Origin: Felis catus | Taxonomy: Eukaryota | DNA length: 64,000 bases | Assembly (NCBI RefSeq): GCF_018350175.1 | Contig: NC_058368.1 | Coordinates: 24,740,001 to 24,804,000 of the forward strand | Reading direction: 5' to 3' | Part shown: one piece after another, positions 13,254 through 25,575 of the stretch | How the letters are laid out: each line of letters begins with the position of its first letter | Numbering within the stretch: position 1 is the first letter of the stretch | Translations under genes and position numbers: made by a program | Notes under the pieces: model-generated | Databases searched by the model: none | What the model saw: the letters and a program-made list of their open reading frames with translations, nothing else | What the model was told of the DNA's origin: nothing

Positions 13254-13837
13254 AATTGCCAGGCTATCTTTGAAGGCCTGGTGAGTGCTAGCACTGGCCT
13301 ATGGATTCCAGCTTTATGAGATGAAGGTCAGGATAATTGACAGATTGTACCAGTGTTCTAAAAGCCTGGGTAATGAATTCAGACAACTAAATATAGGACT
13401 GGAACAAATCTTTTATTACCGAAAACAATCCACAATGGAGATGGTTGGCACTGGGCAGATTTCCACAAAAATTCACCAACAGCATTCACAAAGAGAACTT
13501 GGGTACGTGGCTTTGAACCCATAGGAGGCACAAATGCCACTGGTTGACTTTGAAATGCTATCTTATCACTTGGAATGGATGCCCAAAAAAGGCATTTGTA
13601 AGATAAATTGGTTTTTTTTTGCAAAGGATTCTGTCAGTTCTCATTTTACGCCCAACATGCAGTAATTTTCTAGATCTTCACTGAAATCCAAAGACCTTTT
13701 ACTAATCTTCCTAAAGTAATTATTCTGCAACAATTCCCTCACAATCACAAAGTTCCTTAAGAAGCTGGGGTTACAAAGAGGCGTCACAGAAGACAGAACC
13801 TGCACTCTCAAAGACAGGAATTACCTTATACATAAAC

Positions 13838-13843
13838 TTTAAT
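13838..13843 (-). terminator. Candidate LRRC63 polyadenylation signal ATTAAA
   Basis: TTTAAT on + strand, ~20 nt downstream of the stop codon; the cleavage site cannot be verified. Confidence 0.5.
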
Positions 13844-13862
13844 GGCTTTTAAAGTGGGACTC

Positions 13863-14082
13863 CTAAATCATTGTATGACTTATCAACTCAGAATTTAGAG
13901 CTCTTCTTTTACTGGGATCATTCTTTAAAATAAAACTGCTTTCCTTTACTTTTCTGTAGCAGTAGGAAGAACAGACATGGTACAAAACAGGAAGCTGTGT
14001 TGCTCCAAAAATATCACAGGATCGGATGACTCGAAAACCTTCACCAAACTTGGGACCGTGACACCATTCACATGTAGACGGG
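13863..14082 (-). CDS. LRRC63: LRRC63 last coding exon (CPSTCEWCHGPKFGEGFRVIRSCDIFGATQLPVLYHVCSSYCYRKVKESSFILKNDPSKRRALNSELISHTMI*)
   Basis: Acceptor TTCCTCATTCGCAG|C, phase 2 matches the previous exon; TAG stop at 13863-13865; total CDS 1785 nt. Confidence 0.92.
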
Positions 14083-14989
14083 CTGCGAATGAGGAAACAT
14101 CACGTCAATACTTAGTAAATATCTACTAAGGAAAAGACATCTTGCCCGATGCTGTGCAAGATCAAAGTAGTTTAAAATGGGGCCTTTATCGTTATTGATC
14201 TTAGCATCTAATTAAAGAGCTAAAACATACACAAGTAAAAATTAAGTGCTAAAAAATAGATATGTGAATACAAAACAATCCTAGTTTTCTAAAACAAAAA
14301 AGCATAGACGCATAGCAAGGAAACACTCTAAGGATAGACACAGAGAGAAAACAGTCCTTATTCTTGGTCAATGTGATCACAGGACATTTTAAATGTCCTT
14401 ATAAAGTTTTTCCATAGTTTTCAAATTTTCTGTAAGAACTACGTATTATTTTTAGAATTCAAAATAAATATATTATTTTAAAAATAAAGGGACTACCATA
14501 ACCTAGTATAGGACTAGTGTCTGCATGTATTTTTAGATGCTCACAAATCAGTTAAAAAAAAAATAAAGACATCAACCGTTTATTCCATTTGCATGAACAG
14601 ACTGTTCACAGAAGAAGAGACTTGAATGTCGAGAGCACATTGAGAAATGTAGCTTCTCAACCTCATCAGCCATCAGAGACTACAGATACCATTTCATAAT
14701 CATCAGATGGGCACAATGGAAAAGTCTGCCAGTACAAAGTTTGGTGTGGATGAGAATCGTCAGGGGCCACTCATACTTTCTTGGTGGTGTAGACATCGGT
14801 GTGATTTACCAATTTTAAATTAAAAAAATAAAAAAAAATTGATATAAACATGGATACACGTTAAATTTTACGTACGTATAAAATCTCAAAAGAGTTAACA
14901 GAATGTCTTGGACAAATTTTTATGGCAATACATTTTGTTGTGCTTCATATTATGAATAGCATCATAATATTCCAAAACATGGATACACC

Positions 14990-16520
14990 GTAATTTTATT
15001 TTACCACTTTTTTATTGATGCACATTTAGGCTGCAATTACCATCCCTATGCCTGACTTGTGTTCACATGTTACTATTTCTATAAGACGAATTCTGAAGAC
15101 TTAAATTTCTCTTTCTTTTTTTTTTTTTAATTTTTTTTTCAACGTTTATTTATTTTTGGGACAGAGAGAGACAGAGCATGAACGGGGGAGGGGCAGAGAG
15201 AGAGGGAGACACAGAATCAGAAACAGGCTCCAGGCTCTGAGCCATCAGCCCAGAGCCTGACGGACCGCGAGATCGTGACCTGGCTGAAGTCGGACGCTTA
15301 ACCGACTGCGCCACCCAGGCGCCCCTTAAATTTCTCTTTCAAGGGGTAAGCAGGATACTGTCAAAATGCCTTCCACAAAGCTTTGACCAACTTACAGTGC
15401 CACGAATGGTACATGATAATGCAGTTTGCGGCATCCAAAGCCAACATTTAGTGTCAATCTCCTTCATCTTGATTAAACGGGTACATAGAAAACCTATTGT
15501 TGCTATGTGATATCACAGTTCCTTGATTACCAATAAGATTTAACATTCTTCATGTTTATCAGCTATCAATGTATCATCACCCCTGAATTGCATATTCCTA
15601 TCACTTATACACTTTTTATTGGTTATATCTCTTCTTACGGATTTGTGGGAGACATACATATATGTTTCAACAGCTGTATGCATTGCAATATCTTCTTGAT
15701 GGCTTGCCTCTTAGTTTTATAGGTGTCATGTTACATGGACAGATTACACTTTTGTCAAATTTATGAAACTTGGCTTTACTGTTTATATTTTTTGTTTTGC
15801 TCAAGGCGTGTTTTCCTATCGTGAAGTTATACATATTAGTCTCCTATACTTGCTTGCGAAGGCTTTAAAGTTTTGTTTTTCGCATTTACATCATTAATCC
15901 AACTGGAACTGATTTTGCATAGGATAGTGACATACACATAGCAGGAATCTGATGATACATTTTTTTCCCCTGGTAGGTGACCAAATATCTCAGTATCACT
16001 TATTGAAAAATCTCTCCTTTCCCTATTGGTCCACAGTGCTATTTTGCCCGACATCAAGCTTTTGCACATGCACGAGGACGTAATTGGACTATGTATTCTC
16101 TTCCATTGGTTAATTTGTCTTTCGTTGCACATAACACCAGCTGTATTAGTCTCTCTGACTTTGTAATGATTGTTCATATCTGACCGGATATAAACCAACG
16201 AGGCCCTTAATGTTAGTCTTCTTTTTCAGGCTTGTCTTGGCTATTTTGCATTCTCTGCTTTTCCATACACATTTTATAGTCAGCTTATCAAGTTTCTCGG
16301 AGATTCTGTTGGAGTTTTGACCAGAACTACATTGAACATACCGTTCTTTTGGGGGAGAACGGATGTATTTTTGGTGTTGGATCTTATTATACCTGAATAT
16401 GTATCTTTTTCATTTGATTCAAACTTCTTTATTTTTCTGTCATTTGATGTTTTCTCTCTGTAAATGCTTTGTACATATTTCACTTGATATATTCCTAGGT
16501 ACGTTACGTTTCTTTACAAA
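14990..16520 (-). mobile_element. Old L1 (L1M-type) ORF2/3' fragment, interrupted by a SINE
   Basis: Pseudo-ORFs 15836..16198 and 16280..16483 resemble the L1 ORF2 C-terminus (RQINQWKRI, KISSSWINDVN). Confidence 0.75.
15115..15325 (-). mobile_element. Young cat-type CAN-SINE with a small internal deletion
   Basis: Near identical to the 11815 copy but lacks the CGGGGCTCGAACTC segment; TSD TTAAATTTCTCTTTC. Confidence 0.93.
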
Positions 16521-17223
16521 AAGTATCACTTAAACCTTACATCTCTAATTGTTTTTGATATCTGGTTTTAGTTATAGCTTCTTTTCAACACCACACCATA
16601 GACATTGTTGTTATTATTTCATGGATTCTAGAGACCATGTTTGTTTATCCACATATCTCCAATCTCTTTCCCTCCATTCCTCCTTACATCTCAGAGCTTG
16701 CTTCTGGAGTCATTTTCCTCCTGATGCACACCCTTTGCAAGTTCCTTTAGTGAAAATCTAGAGGAAGTCAATTCTCTGTTTTATTTTCTCTGAAATGACA
16801 TACTTTCTCCCTTGTTCTTGCAAGTTCGTTGTGCTGGGCAAAGTAGCATGTTTTCGGTCATTGTCCTGCTGTGGCTAGCAGTTGACTTCTTATTCTAAGT
16901 GCCTTTTTCCCCCCTCGCTGATTTTGAGTCTTTGCCTTCGTCTTTGGTGTCTATAAGGTGTGTTACTGCCCTCGTATAGAGCTTTCAGCGTCCGAGGTCA
17001 CATCTTTCATTACTTCTGAAAACACACAGAATTCTCTGGGACTCTACGTCTGTGTTAGAGTACGTATTAATATCTCTTTACCTCCTGTCTGCATAGACAC
17101 AATAATCTCTTCAGATCCCTCTGCGTGTCTGTATAGTTGTCTATTTAACCCATGCACCAAGTTAATTTCAACTGTTACACTTTTAGTTTCTAGAATTTCA
17201 TTTCATTTAAAATTTCTTTTTCA

Positions 17224-17665
17224 GGGGCGCCTAGGTGGCTCAGCCAGTTAAGCATCCGACTTCAGCTCAGGTCATGATCTCATGGGTCGTGAGTTCAAGC
17301 CTCGCATTGGGCTCTGTGCTGACAGCTCAGAGCCTGGAGTCTGCTTCACATTCTGTGCCTCCCTCTCTCTCTGCCCCTCCCCTGCTCACACTCTGACTCT
17401 CTCTCTCCCAAAAATAAATAAACATTAAAAAATAAATAAACAGGGGCCCCTGGGTGGCTCAGTCAGTTGAGCAGTCGACTTCGGCTCAGGTCATGATCTC
17501 ACGGTTCTGTTCATGGGTTTGAGCCCCACGCTGGGCGCTGTGTTAACAGCTCAGAGCCTGGAGCCTGCTTCGGATTCTGTGTCTCCCTCTCTCTCTACCC
17601 CTTGCCCACTCACACTCTGTTTCTCTCTCTCTCTCTCAAAAATAAACATTAAAAAATTTTTAATA
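17224..17665 (+). mobile_element. Two tandem CAN-SINEs (17224-17440, 17443-17665)
   Basis: Two GGGGCGCCTGGGTGGCTCAG-type heads with A-rich tails. Confidence 0.93.
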
Positions 17666-18953
17666 AATGAAAATAAAATTTCTTTTTCATATGTGCCCAC
17701 TCATATTCGATGGTCTTTTATTTCTTAACCATTTTAAAATTAATATGTTTTATTACTTTAAACACTGAAAATAGGTATTTCATATTCTGTAAAGTTCATA
17801 TTCTTGGATCCTTGGAGGCTTGTACCTGTTGACTGATTTTGCTGACTTTAACTCTTGATGGCTCATTTCCACATGTATTTGGACATTTCTTTCAATTGTG
17901 AGATAATGTTCAATTTAACTTAATTTTTTCGGAGTCTTCAAAGTCCAAATTGAGGATGTTTCTCTCAAAAACGCTTGGTTAGCTAGAAAAAAGGTATTTA
18001 CTGCCCGGGGACACGTAGCCCACTCTTGGGTACGGATTTGAGGAATGTCCGGTTCAGCTTCCCTACTTTGTGGTGAATTCAAATCTTTTTGTACCACATC
18101 TGTTACCACTCACTAGCTTGGTTTTATTTCTTTGTAAAACTTTGTATCTTTTGAGATATTTCTTAATTTTTCATGTGCATTCAAATCTCATGAACACTGA
18201 CATCTCGATACATTAAAATGGAAAACTTTGGGTCCTGGTCCCTTTTTACTGGTAGTTTAGAATCACCTTCTTCAATGTCTTTGATGATTACTAGTCTGTT
18301 TAGGCTTCCTGCCTTTTATGGAGTCTATATTGGTAATTTATCTACTCCTGGGAAATTTTACTTAGGCATACAACAAATGTTTGTTAAATCAGTAATATAC
18401 GCACTGATGAGCGTAACAACAGATTTATACCATCTGAAGGAAATAAGAGATAAACTGAGTGGACCGCCAGTGGATGGGGTTTAAAAACCCTAGTCCTGAG
18501 ATTAGGCAATGATTCTCACACTGGCCACGGATCACTGAGGAGAAGTTGCTCGAAATACGTCCGGTCTCTAGGAAGCTAGAGTATAAAGCATTTCCCTGCA
18601 TAGTGTGCCTGGGACTAAAGAAGCCTTTTTTGGAAGAACCCACTTCTATGTCCTTAGTAATTCACAGGACCTATGACTACGGACTGTAGAGACATTGCCA
18701 GCTACCCCTCAGCAATGTGTAACTCCCACTGGAATTAAGTAGTGACTTGAGGATTTTAGCAAACGGGCTGAATTCAGACGACATCACATGCCTGAAGAGC
18801 CCGAAGGAGAAATTCGAAGAATTTTATGTATGCCCGAGGGTGTGGTGTGGTGTGTGTGTGTTGACGGTAAAACTCTCACCTGGCCTCTATTGACTACCAT
18901 TTTAAAGGCTTAAAGGTGTATTCTTCCTAAAAGGGCTTCAGCATTTTGCTCAC

Positions 18954-19193
18954 CATTTTAGCAGCTCTTGAATTTCCACTGGGATCTCATCGTAATATTT
19001 GTCTAGATTACTTTTTAAGAAGAACAAGGAAGTAAGATGAGTCAGACACGGGGGGCTATTTAAAGAATTCTCTTTCCAAAAAGTAGGATGCGTGAAAGTG
19101 TTCTCAAACTGGAGTTTTTTCAAGTTAAGCTTCAAAAGCGCAGGTGGAAAAGTAGTCAGATCAGTCCCGTTAACATTCAGATTTTCAAGTAAT
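18954..19193 (-). CDS. LRRC63: LRRC63 coding exon 8 (LLENLNVNGTDLTTFPPALLKLNL...IPVEIQELLK)
   Basis: Acceptor TTTATTTGCAG|A, donor ATG|GTGAGC; 240 nt, phase 2-2; lies within ORF 18950..19306. Confidence 0.95.
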
Positions 19194-19964
19194 CTGCAAA
19201 TAAAGGAAACCAAATTTAAAAGGTGTTTATGCAACTCATAATACTGACATAAAATTGCGTCCCAATGTTCCGGGAAATTAGCATCAAACTTAGCAATAAC
19301 ATACAAGTGTTTAAGAACTTCTTTAGAATCAGAGAATTAAAAAGCAATTGAAACAGTATGTTATGCCAATAAGTGCGTTTGTGTGAATAGCAAGAGTTAA
19401 AGCATATGTTTTGGGTCTTTGCAACATGTCATCACGGAAGAAGAAATACTATAGCATAATGATACAAAGAAAGGATATACATTTGTTGAGCAATTGAACA
19501 CCAGCAGCTATTTTTTCATCCAAACCTCATCAAAACGGTGGAATTAACACGATCATACGTATCATGTGCTATGTTGCACACGGACTTTTCATCACCTGAG
19601 TCCCCCTGGTTTTTACTGTGTCCATTGCTTCTGATAGCCCTGATTTCTTTGTTCAAAGAGAACCAACCTTACTGATTTTCTCATTTATACTACTTGTCTT
19701 GATGCTGTGTTTTACAGCCACTCATCTCCTTTCTAATTAGTGCTGGCGACAGGCAGAAAAGTATCTCTTTATGAGGGTCACATAAACACGCATCAAAGGC
19801 TGGTCCAACTTGTCAAGTGTGCTGGGAGTGAAGAGGTTGAAATGACGACTTTTGAAGCGAAGGGCTGGGAACTCTGGAGTCTGTCTCATGTGCTCATGTG
19901 CAGCCTCGTTTCTTGTCCACACAAACTCTTCAGTTCTGACTCCTGACAATACTAAAACATGATG

Positions 19965-20170
19965 GGGGCGCCTGGGTGGCTCAGCCAGTTGAGCATCTGA
20001 CTCTTGATTTCGGCTCAGGCCGTGATCTCACGGTTGGTGGGTTTGAGCCCCACATCCGGCTCCGCGCTGACAGCACGGAGCCTGCTTGGGATTCTGTCTC
20101 CCTCTTTGCCCCTCCCCTGCTTGCTCTCTCTTTCTCTCTTTCAAAAATAAATAGATACACATTTTTAAAA
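19965..20170 (+). mobile_element. CAN-SINE
   Basis: GGGGCGCCTGGGTGGCTCAG head, (CT) tract, AATAAA tail. Confidence 0.92.
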
Positions 20171-20784
20171 AATAGTATTAAAATAGTAAAGAAAAATGTT
20201 TGCGTGTGTTTGGGGGGAAAAAGATAGCCATTAATAGACTGGGAAAGTACAGTAGGGTTTCAAAATTAATAAGGGAGAAAAAAAGAATAAGTAGCATCTT
20301 GAAAAAATCACACACACATACACACACAGAAAGAAGGCAAATAGGAGAAGGAAGAACTAAATAAATAGTAAATACAAAGTAAAATGGAAGGCAAAAATTT
20401 AAATATATCAGCCCTAACAAATGCGAACAGGTTGAATACTACTGTTAAAATATAAAGATTGTTACATGGGATATAATGATTGGTACAAATATTAGAAAAG
20501 CAGAGACAAAATCATCTCACTTTACTGAGGATAAGACTATCCTCCTAGAAAGCCAAAGAAAATCCAGTAAAACTGAACCAGAATGAAGATAAATTGAGTT
20601 ATATAACTCGACTTTAAATTCATGTAAAGAAGGACATAGCTTTTCTCTATTCTGTACTGGCAATAGTCAGCTAGAAATAAAAATTAGAGAAAATGTTACA
20701 TTCATAATAGCAACACAATTATAAAATACTTAGAGTAAGTTAGTAATAAAGATAAAGGACTTATGTGAAATGAGTCATAAATTC

Positions 20785-20988
20785 TTTTTTTAAATTTTTT
20801 TTAATATTTATTTATTTTTGAGAGAGAGCAGGGGAGGGGCAGAGAGAGGGAGACACAGAATCTGAAGCAGGGTCCAGGCTCTGAGCAGTCAACACAGAGC
20901 CCGACGTGGGGCTCAAACCCACAAACTGTGAGATCATGACCCAACCTGAAGTCAGATGCTTAACCGACTGAGCCACCCAGGTGCCCCC
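20785..20988 (-). mobile_element. CAN-SINE within old L1 fragment
   Basis: SINE body; TSD GTCATAAATTCTTT. Confidence 0.92.
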
Positions 20989-21221
20989 GGTCATAAATTC
21001 TTATAAAGGACATAAAACAAAATCTAAACAAATGAAACATTATGCTGTGTTTTGGGATGAAAAGATTTAGTAACATCAGAAATATAAATTCTTCAGAATT
21101 TATATGTAAACTCAAGACAATTCCAATCGAAATTTCAATTTTGTGTTTATATTTTTTGGGGGTGGGGGGGCTTGGAATTATATTAAATGATCTTAAAGCT
21201 CATGATATAAAGAGAATAGGT

Positions 21222-21244
21222 TTTTTAAAAAATGTTTATTTATC

Positions 21245-21282
<38 letters not shown>

Positions 21283-21443
21283 GGAAGGGGCAGAGAGAGA
21301 GAGAGGGAGAAAAGAATCCCAAGCAGGTTCTGCCCTATACGTGCAGAGCCAACTCGGGGCTCAATCCCATGAATCGCAAGATCGTGACCCGAGCTGAAAT
21401 CAAGAGTCAGACACTTAACCGACGGAGCCACCCAGACACCCCC
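21222..21443 (-). mobile_element. CAN-SINE with expanded (GA)n
   Basis: SINE body ending CCCAGACACCCCC. Confidence 0.9.
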
Positions 21444-21754
21444 TAAAGAGAACAGTTAAAAGATTATTATTGAAAAATAGTGTCCCTATTAATTGTTAAA
21501 AATTATTCTAAAGTCGTAAGTAAAATAGGATGGCACTGACCTAGAAGGACATAGATGAACTTCAGAGACTTTTTAAAAGTCAGTGTGAGAAAGAAACAGA
21601 GCTTGGTATTATTAAGATTACACGATGTATGTGTATATCCTTACCCAAAATAAGTTAAGACTGATAAGAACACAGGTTCACACACAGAAAAATGAACAAG
21701 GTTCTCTCGTCATTCTATTACGTAGCCATCAGGACAACTTTTAAACAATCACTG

Positions 21755-21803
21755 AAAATGTTATGTCTTAAAATGTTATGTCTTAAAATGTTATGTCTTA
21801 AAA
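21755..21803. repeat. 15-bp perfect tandem repeat x3 (AAAATGTTATGTCTT)
   Basis: Read directly. Confidence 0.95.
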
Positions 21804-21965
21804 ATGGCAATCATTCAAATTCTGTTTTTGTAAACTTTATGCTTTCACATATTATGTTTTATGACCATTCAATATATGAAAGAATTCAATTTTCTCCAAC
21901 ACAATCATTACCAAATATACCCTTAGAGGGCATATGACTGTGTGTACTTATTACTTCCCAAATAC

Positions 21966-22049
21966 CTGAGTTTCTGGATTTTGTTTGGGATAGAAGCAAC
22001 ACTATTGTAGGAGATATCAAGTTCCTCAAGATGGGCCAAAGAAAATAAC
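21966..22049 (-). CDS. LRRC63: LRRC63 coding exon 7, LRR (GLFSLAHLEELDISYNSVASIPNKIQKLR)
   Basis: Acceptor TTTTTCTATTTAAG|G, donor CAG|GTATTT; 84 nt, phase 2-2; LxxLxIxxN LRR motif. Too short to appear in the ORF track. Confidence 0.93.
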
Positions 22050-23217
22050 CTTAAATAGAAAAAAGAAAATGAAATTAAAAATGACTACATGTTTGTCATT
22101 ACTGGGCATGAATGAAGAATTAAATATTTGAGTAAAGAGGTAAAAGTATTAGAGAAAACTGTATTTTTCTAAGATCTTATAATTTATGGACTTCTTTTCA
22201 TTATAGGCAGTGTAATTACAATCCAAGTTCCTCAAATAAACCATTTATCCTTTAAGACTGCTTTGAAATGTTTGGAGTGGATAAAGCTCCACGCAGAAAA
22301 AGCCACCTGAGAAATTTCTAGCACATTCGGATATATTATTTCCTTGGTTGCTGTCTTAGTTTCCTAGGGCTGACATAACAAATGACCACAGCCAGGTGGC
22401 GTGGAGCAAGGGACATTTACACTCTCACAGTCCGGGAGGCCAGCGGTCCGAAATCAGGGTGTCAGTGGAGCCGGTTCTTTTTCGGAGGCTGTGAGGACCC
22501 TCCAGGTAGGCTTTGGGATGGAGAAGACAAGAACCAAGAAAGAAAGAGGCAAAAAAAAAAAAAAAAAAAGGAAAGGAAAGGAGACATTCTGGTGATGTCA
22601 TTACCCCTTAAACAATGAAAACATATTTCATGAACAAATGCTATCTCAAGGCTTTGGGGAAAAGAAGACACCTTTTGGGTTTTTGAAATGATTTATTATT
22701 TTTATTTTACAAGAAAACTAAATAGACCCATCAAAGGGCTTTCCGTGGTTACAAGACTTCAAACACTTAACCTGAGAGAGTTGATGACACCTTTACGTTG
22801 TATGATCAAGGGCATAACTCTAACTGTAGCGGGCCTAACAGCAAGGGCATAGCTAGGATGAGAACCCCGTTCTTTGTGCCTCCAGAGCCGAGACTTTCCT
22901 CTCTGCTCTTGCTGTACAACAGATGCCCTAAGCAGCTCAAGGCAAAATCGTAGCAACAAAAAATTGGGCCTCAGGGAATTTGGGCTGTGCTGTCAATCTT
23001 CCCCTAATACACATACAGAACCTCTTAATCTAATAAAAAATATACGGCTTTATTTGAAAAACACTAGTATTATTGAGAAATAGCTCCTTAAAACTTTTTG
23101 ACTATAACCAATGGTTAACCAATAGTCCAAACTAATTTGCTTAACCTCTAAATAGTGAATAATGTTGACCCTCTACTTACGAACAAGTTGTAGTTGCTTT
23201 AGGAATTTTTATATTCC

Positions 23218-23421
23218 TGGGCGCCTGGGTGGCCCAGTCAGTTAAGGGTAGGACTTGGGCTCAGGTCATGATCTCATGGATAGTGAGTTTGAGCCCCGCA
23301 TCAGGCTCTGTGCTGACAGCTCAGATTCTGTGTCTCCCTCTCTGTCTGCTCCTCCCCTACGTGTGCCCCCCTGCGTCTTTCTCTCCCTCTCTCTCTGTCT
23401 CTAAATTAACATTAAAAAAAA
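23218..23421 (+). mobile_element. CAN-SINE
   Basis: GGGCGCCTGGGTGGCCCAG head; A-rich tail. Confidence 0.9.
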
Positions 23422-23448
23422 GAATTTTTACATTTTGCTTATTTAAAA

Positions 23449-23655
23449 ATTTTTTTTAATGTTTATTTATTTTTGAGAGACAGAGTGTGAGCGGGAGAGG
23501 GGCAGAGAGAGAGGGGGACACAGAATCTGAAACAGGCTCCAGGTTCTGAGCTGTGAGCACAGAGCCTGACGCGGGGCTCGAACTCACGCAAAACGGTGAG
23601 ACTATGACCTGAGCCAAAGTCAGACGCCCAACCGACTGAGCCACCCAGGCGCCCC
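23449..23655 (-). mobile_element. CAN-SINE, inverted relative to its neighbour
   Basis: SINE body ending CCCAGGCGCCCC. Confidence 0.93.
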
Positions 23656-23759
23656 TACGTTTTGTTTAAATGACAGTTATGGTTATTAAAGCTTGTAATT
23701 CTAATTATAGATTATCAAATGTAAGTTTATATTTAGATGCATATATAGGTACATACACA

Positions 23760-23915
23760 ATCATATATGTGTCTTTATATGTACATATATATATATGTAG
23801 TTTGTGTGTGTGTGTGTATATGTGTGTGTGTTTATACATATGCAGGGTTATGTGTGTGTGTGTATATATATATATATATGTATGTATGTACACACAGATT
23901 AGTGTACACACATAT
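23760..23915. repeat. Compound (TA)n/(TG)n microsatellite
   Basis: Read directly. Confidence 0.9.
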
Positions 23916-25047
23916 ATTACTTAGCTCTGTTCACCGGGACTGTCTAGAAGCAATGTCATCACCATAGCAATGGGACATCCAGCACTCAGATCTCAGTTTT
24001 TAAACACCATCTTTCAATAAAAAGAAACAGGGTTTCCCTAGAGAAATTGCTGCTTCTAGTATCAAGGCAGAGAAAATACAATTTATGTTACTGTTGAAAA
24101 ATATAGATGATTTAAACAGAAATAAAATATACACAAGGCAGTATTCTTACTTTCTTAGTGTTTATGTTTTTTATATACGTGTAATGTATGATGCGCATAT
24201 ACACATTTTTATACAGAAATGGTATAACTTCTATATGCTTTTTGTTCTTTTAAATGACTGAATAGTGATACAGTTTATGAATATAGAATTTGTCAGATTG
24301 TTAGTTACAAACAATGCTAGGTGAACAAGCTTATAAATGAATTTTGATGCGGTTCCTTAATTGCTGTGAGAATCTTTACAAAATGTTGTTCAACTATTTA
24401 AGAGCCCCTGTCCCTTTGCCCTTTACCCACGTTCAATTTGTTAAACTCTAACTCGAAGAAGTATCTTGTTTTGCGTTTGGTTACGGTTTTGGTTTAAAAT
24501 TTTCATTAGGGGTTAAATAATTCCCTGTCCGTATGTGGGGGGGGGGGGAACCCATCTCTCTTATACCCAAATATCAACATTCCTATTACAGAATCTTCGG
24601 TATTATACTAGCTAATTTCTTAGTTTACAGATTAGGAAATTGAGACCAGGAAGCTTAAGTGACTTTCTCCAGACAAAACAGGTCATTATCAATTTTGAAG
24701 TTAAAAGTCTAGATTTCCTAATTCCACATACAGTGTCCTTTCCAAAAAGGCTGTCGAGGGGTAGGTGCAAATTTCTCACTTGAGCCTCTTTATATGATAC
24801 GTATTCTTTTAATCTATACTCAGATAATGGATCTCTAGATGAGCGCTCTAGCCCCCGTAAGAGTTGACATCTATGTAGCTGGTCGGATTCCTTTTAACAC
24901 AATAACAAGAAGCAAATCAGTGAATCAGAACAGAATGCGAATTATTCGACGGCTAAAAAGTTGCCAGCTGCTTTCAAACGGGAAATTGATCGCTTTCTAA
25001 ATAGTAAATTCTTTTCTGTGTTTATAATCTCAGGCTACCGACCTTAC

Positions 25048-25184
25048 CCAGGTGGAAGGGTAGTGATCAAATTAAAGGCGATGCTGAAAACTCTAAGGAA
25101 CTTAAGCTGTTGGATTTCAGAAGGGATTTCTTTGATAGGATTATTTCTCAGGAATAGTAGTTGTAAATTTTTAAGACAAAATAT
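25048..25184 (-). CDS. LRRC63: LRRC63 coding exon 6, LRRs (IFCLKNLQLLFLRNNPIKEIPSEIQQLKFLRVFSIAFNLITTLPP)
   Basis: Acceptor TTCCTCAG|AT, donor TGG|GTAAGG; 137 nt, phase 0-2; two LRR units. Confidence 0.95.
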
Positions 25185-25476
25185 CTGAGGAACAGAAAAG
25201 AGAAACAAATATGAGTGGCATGATAAAGTGTACAAGTCTCTGTTTGTTACATTTTGTAAGCCCTTTGAACTACCATAGTAGAATCAGCAAAAGAACATTA
25301 ACTGGCTGTATTATTTATCTCTTTTTTCGCTCTTTTCCGGGGTATCATAAGTGGCGATTTTTTGGTTATAATTAGTATTAATAAGACATTATTCTTGAAA
25401 AGACAGTAATATCAAAATCAAAATTAAAATTAAAAGAAATTATTGCAATAGACACCAATGATAAAAATGGACTCAC

Positions 25477-25575
25477 TTCTGTGGGAAAATAACTGATATC
25501 ATTAAAGGATAAGTTAAGATATATCAGTTGGGAAGCCAACGGTGTTAAGTCTGGACAAGTCATAATAAAAAAACC
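25477..25575 (-). CDS. LRRC63: LRRC63 coding exon 5, LRR (GFFIMTCPDLTPLASQLIYLNLSFNDISYFPTE)
   Basis: Acceptor TTTTAG|GG, donor GAA|GTGAGT; 99 nt, phase 0-0; LxxLxLxxNxI LRR motif. Confidence 0.95.

Noticed and set aside
14846..14988. 14-bp direct repeat AAACATGGATACAC about 130 bp apart
   Set aside because: May be an old TSD or local duplication, but no insert hallmarks are visible between the copies.
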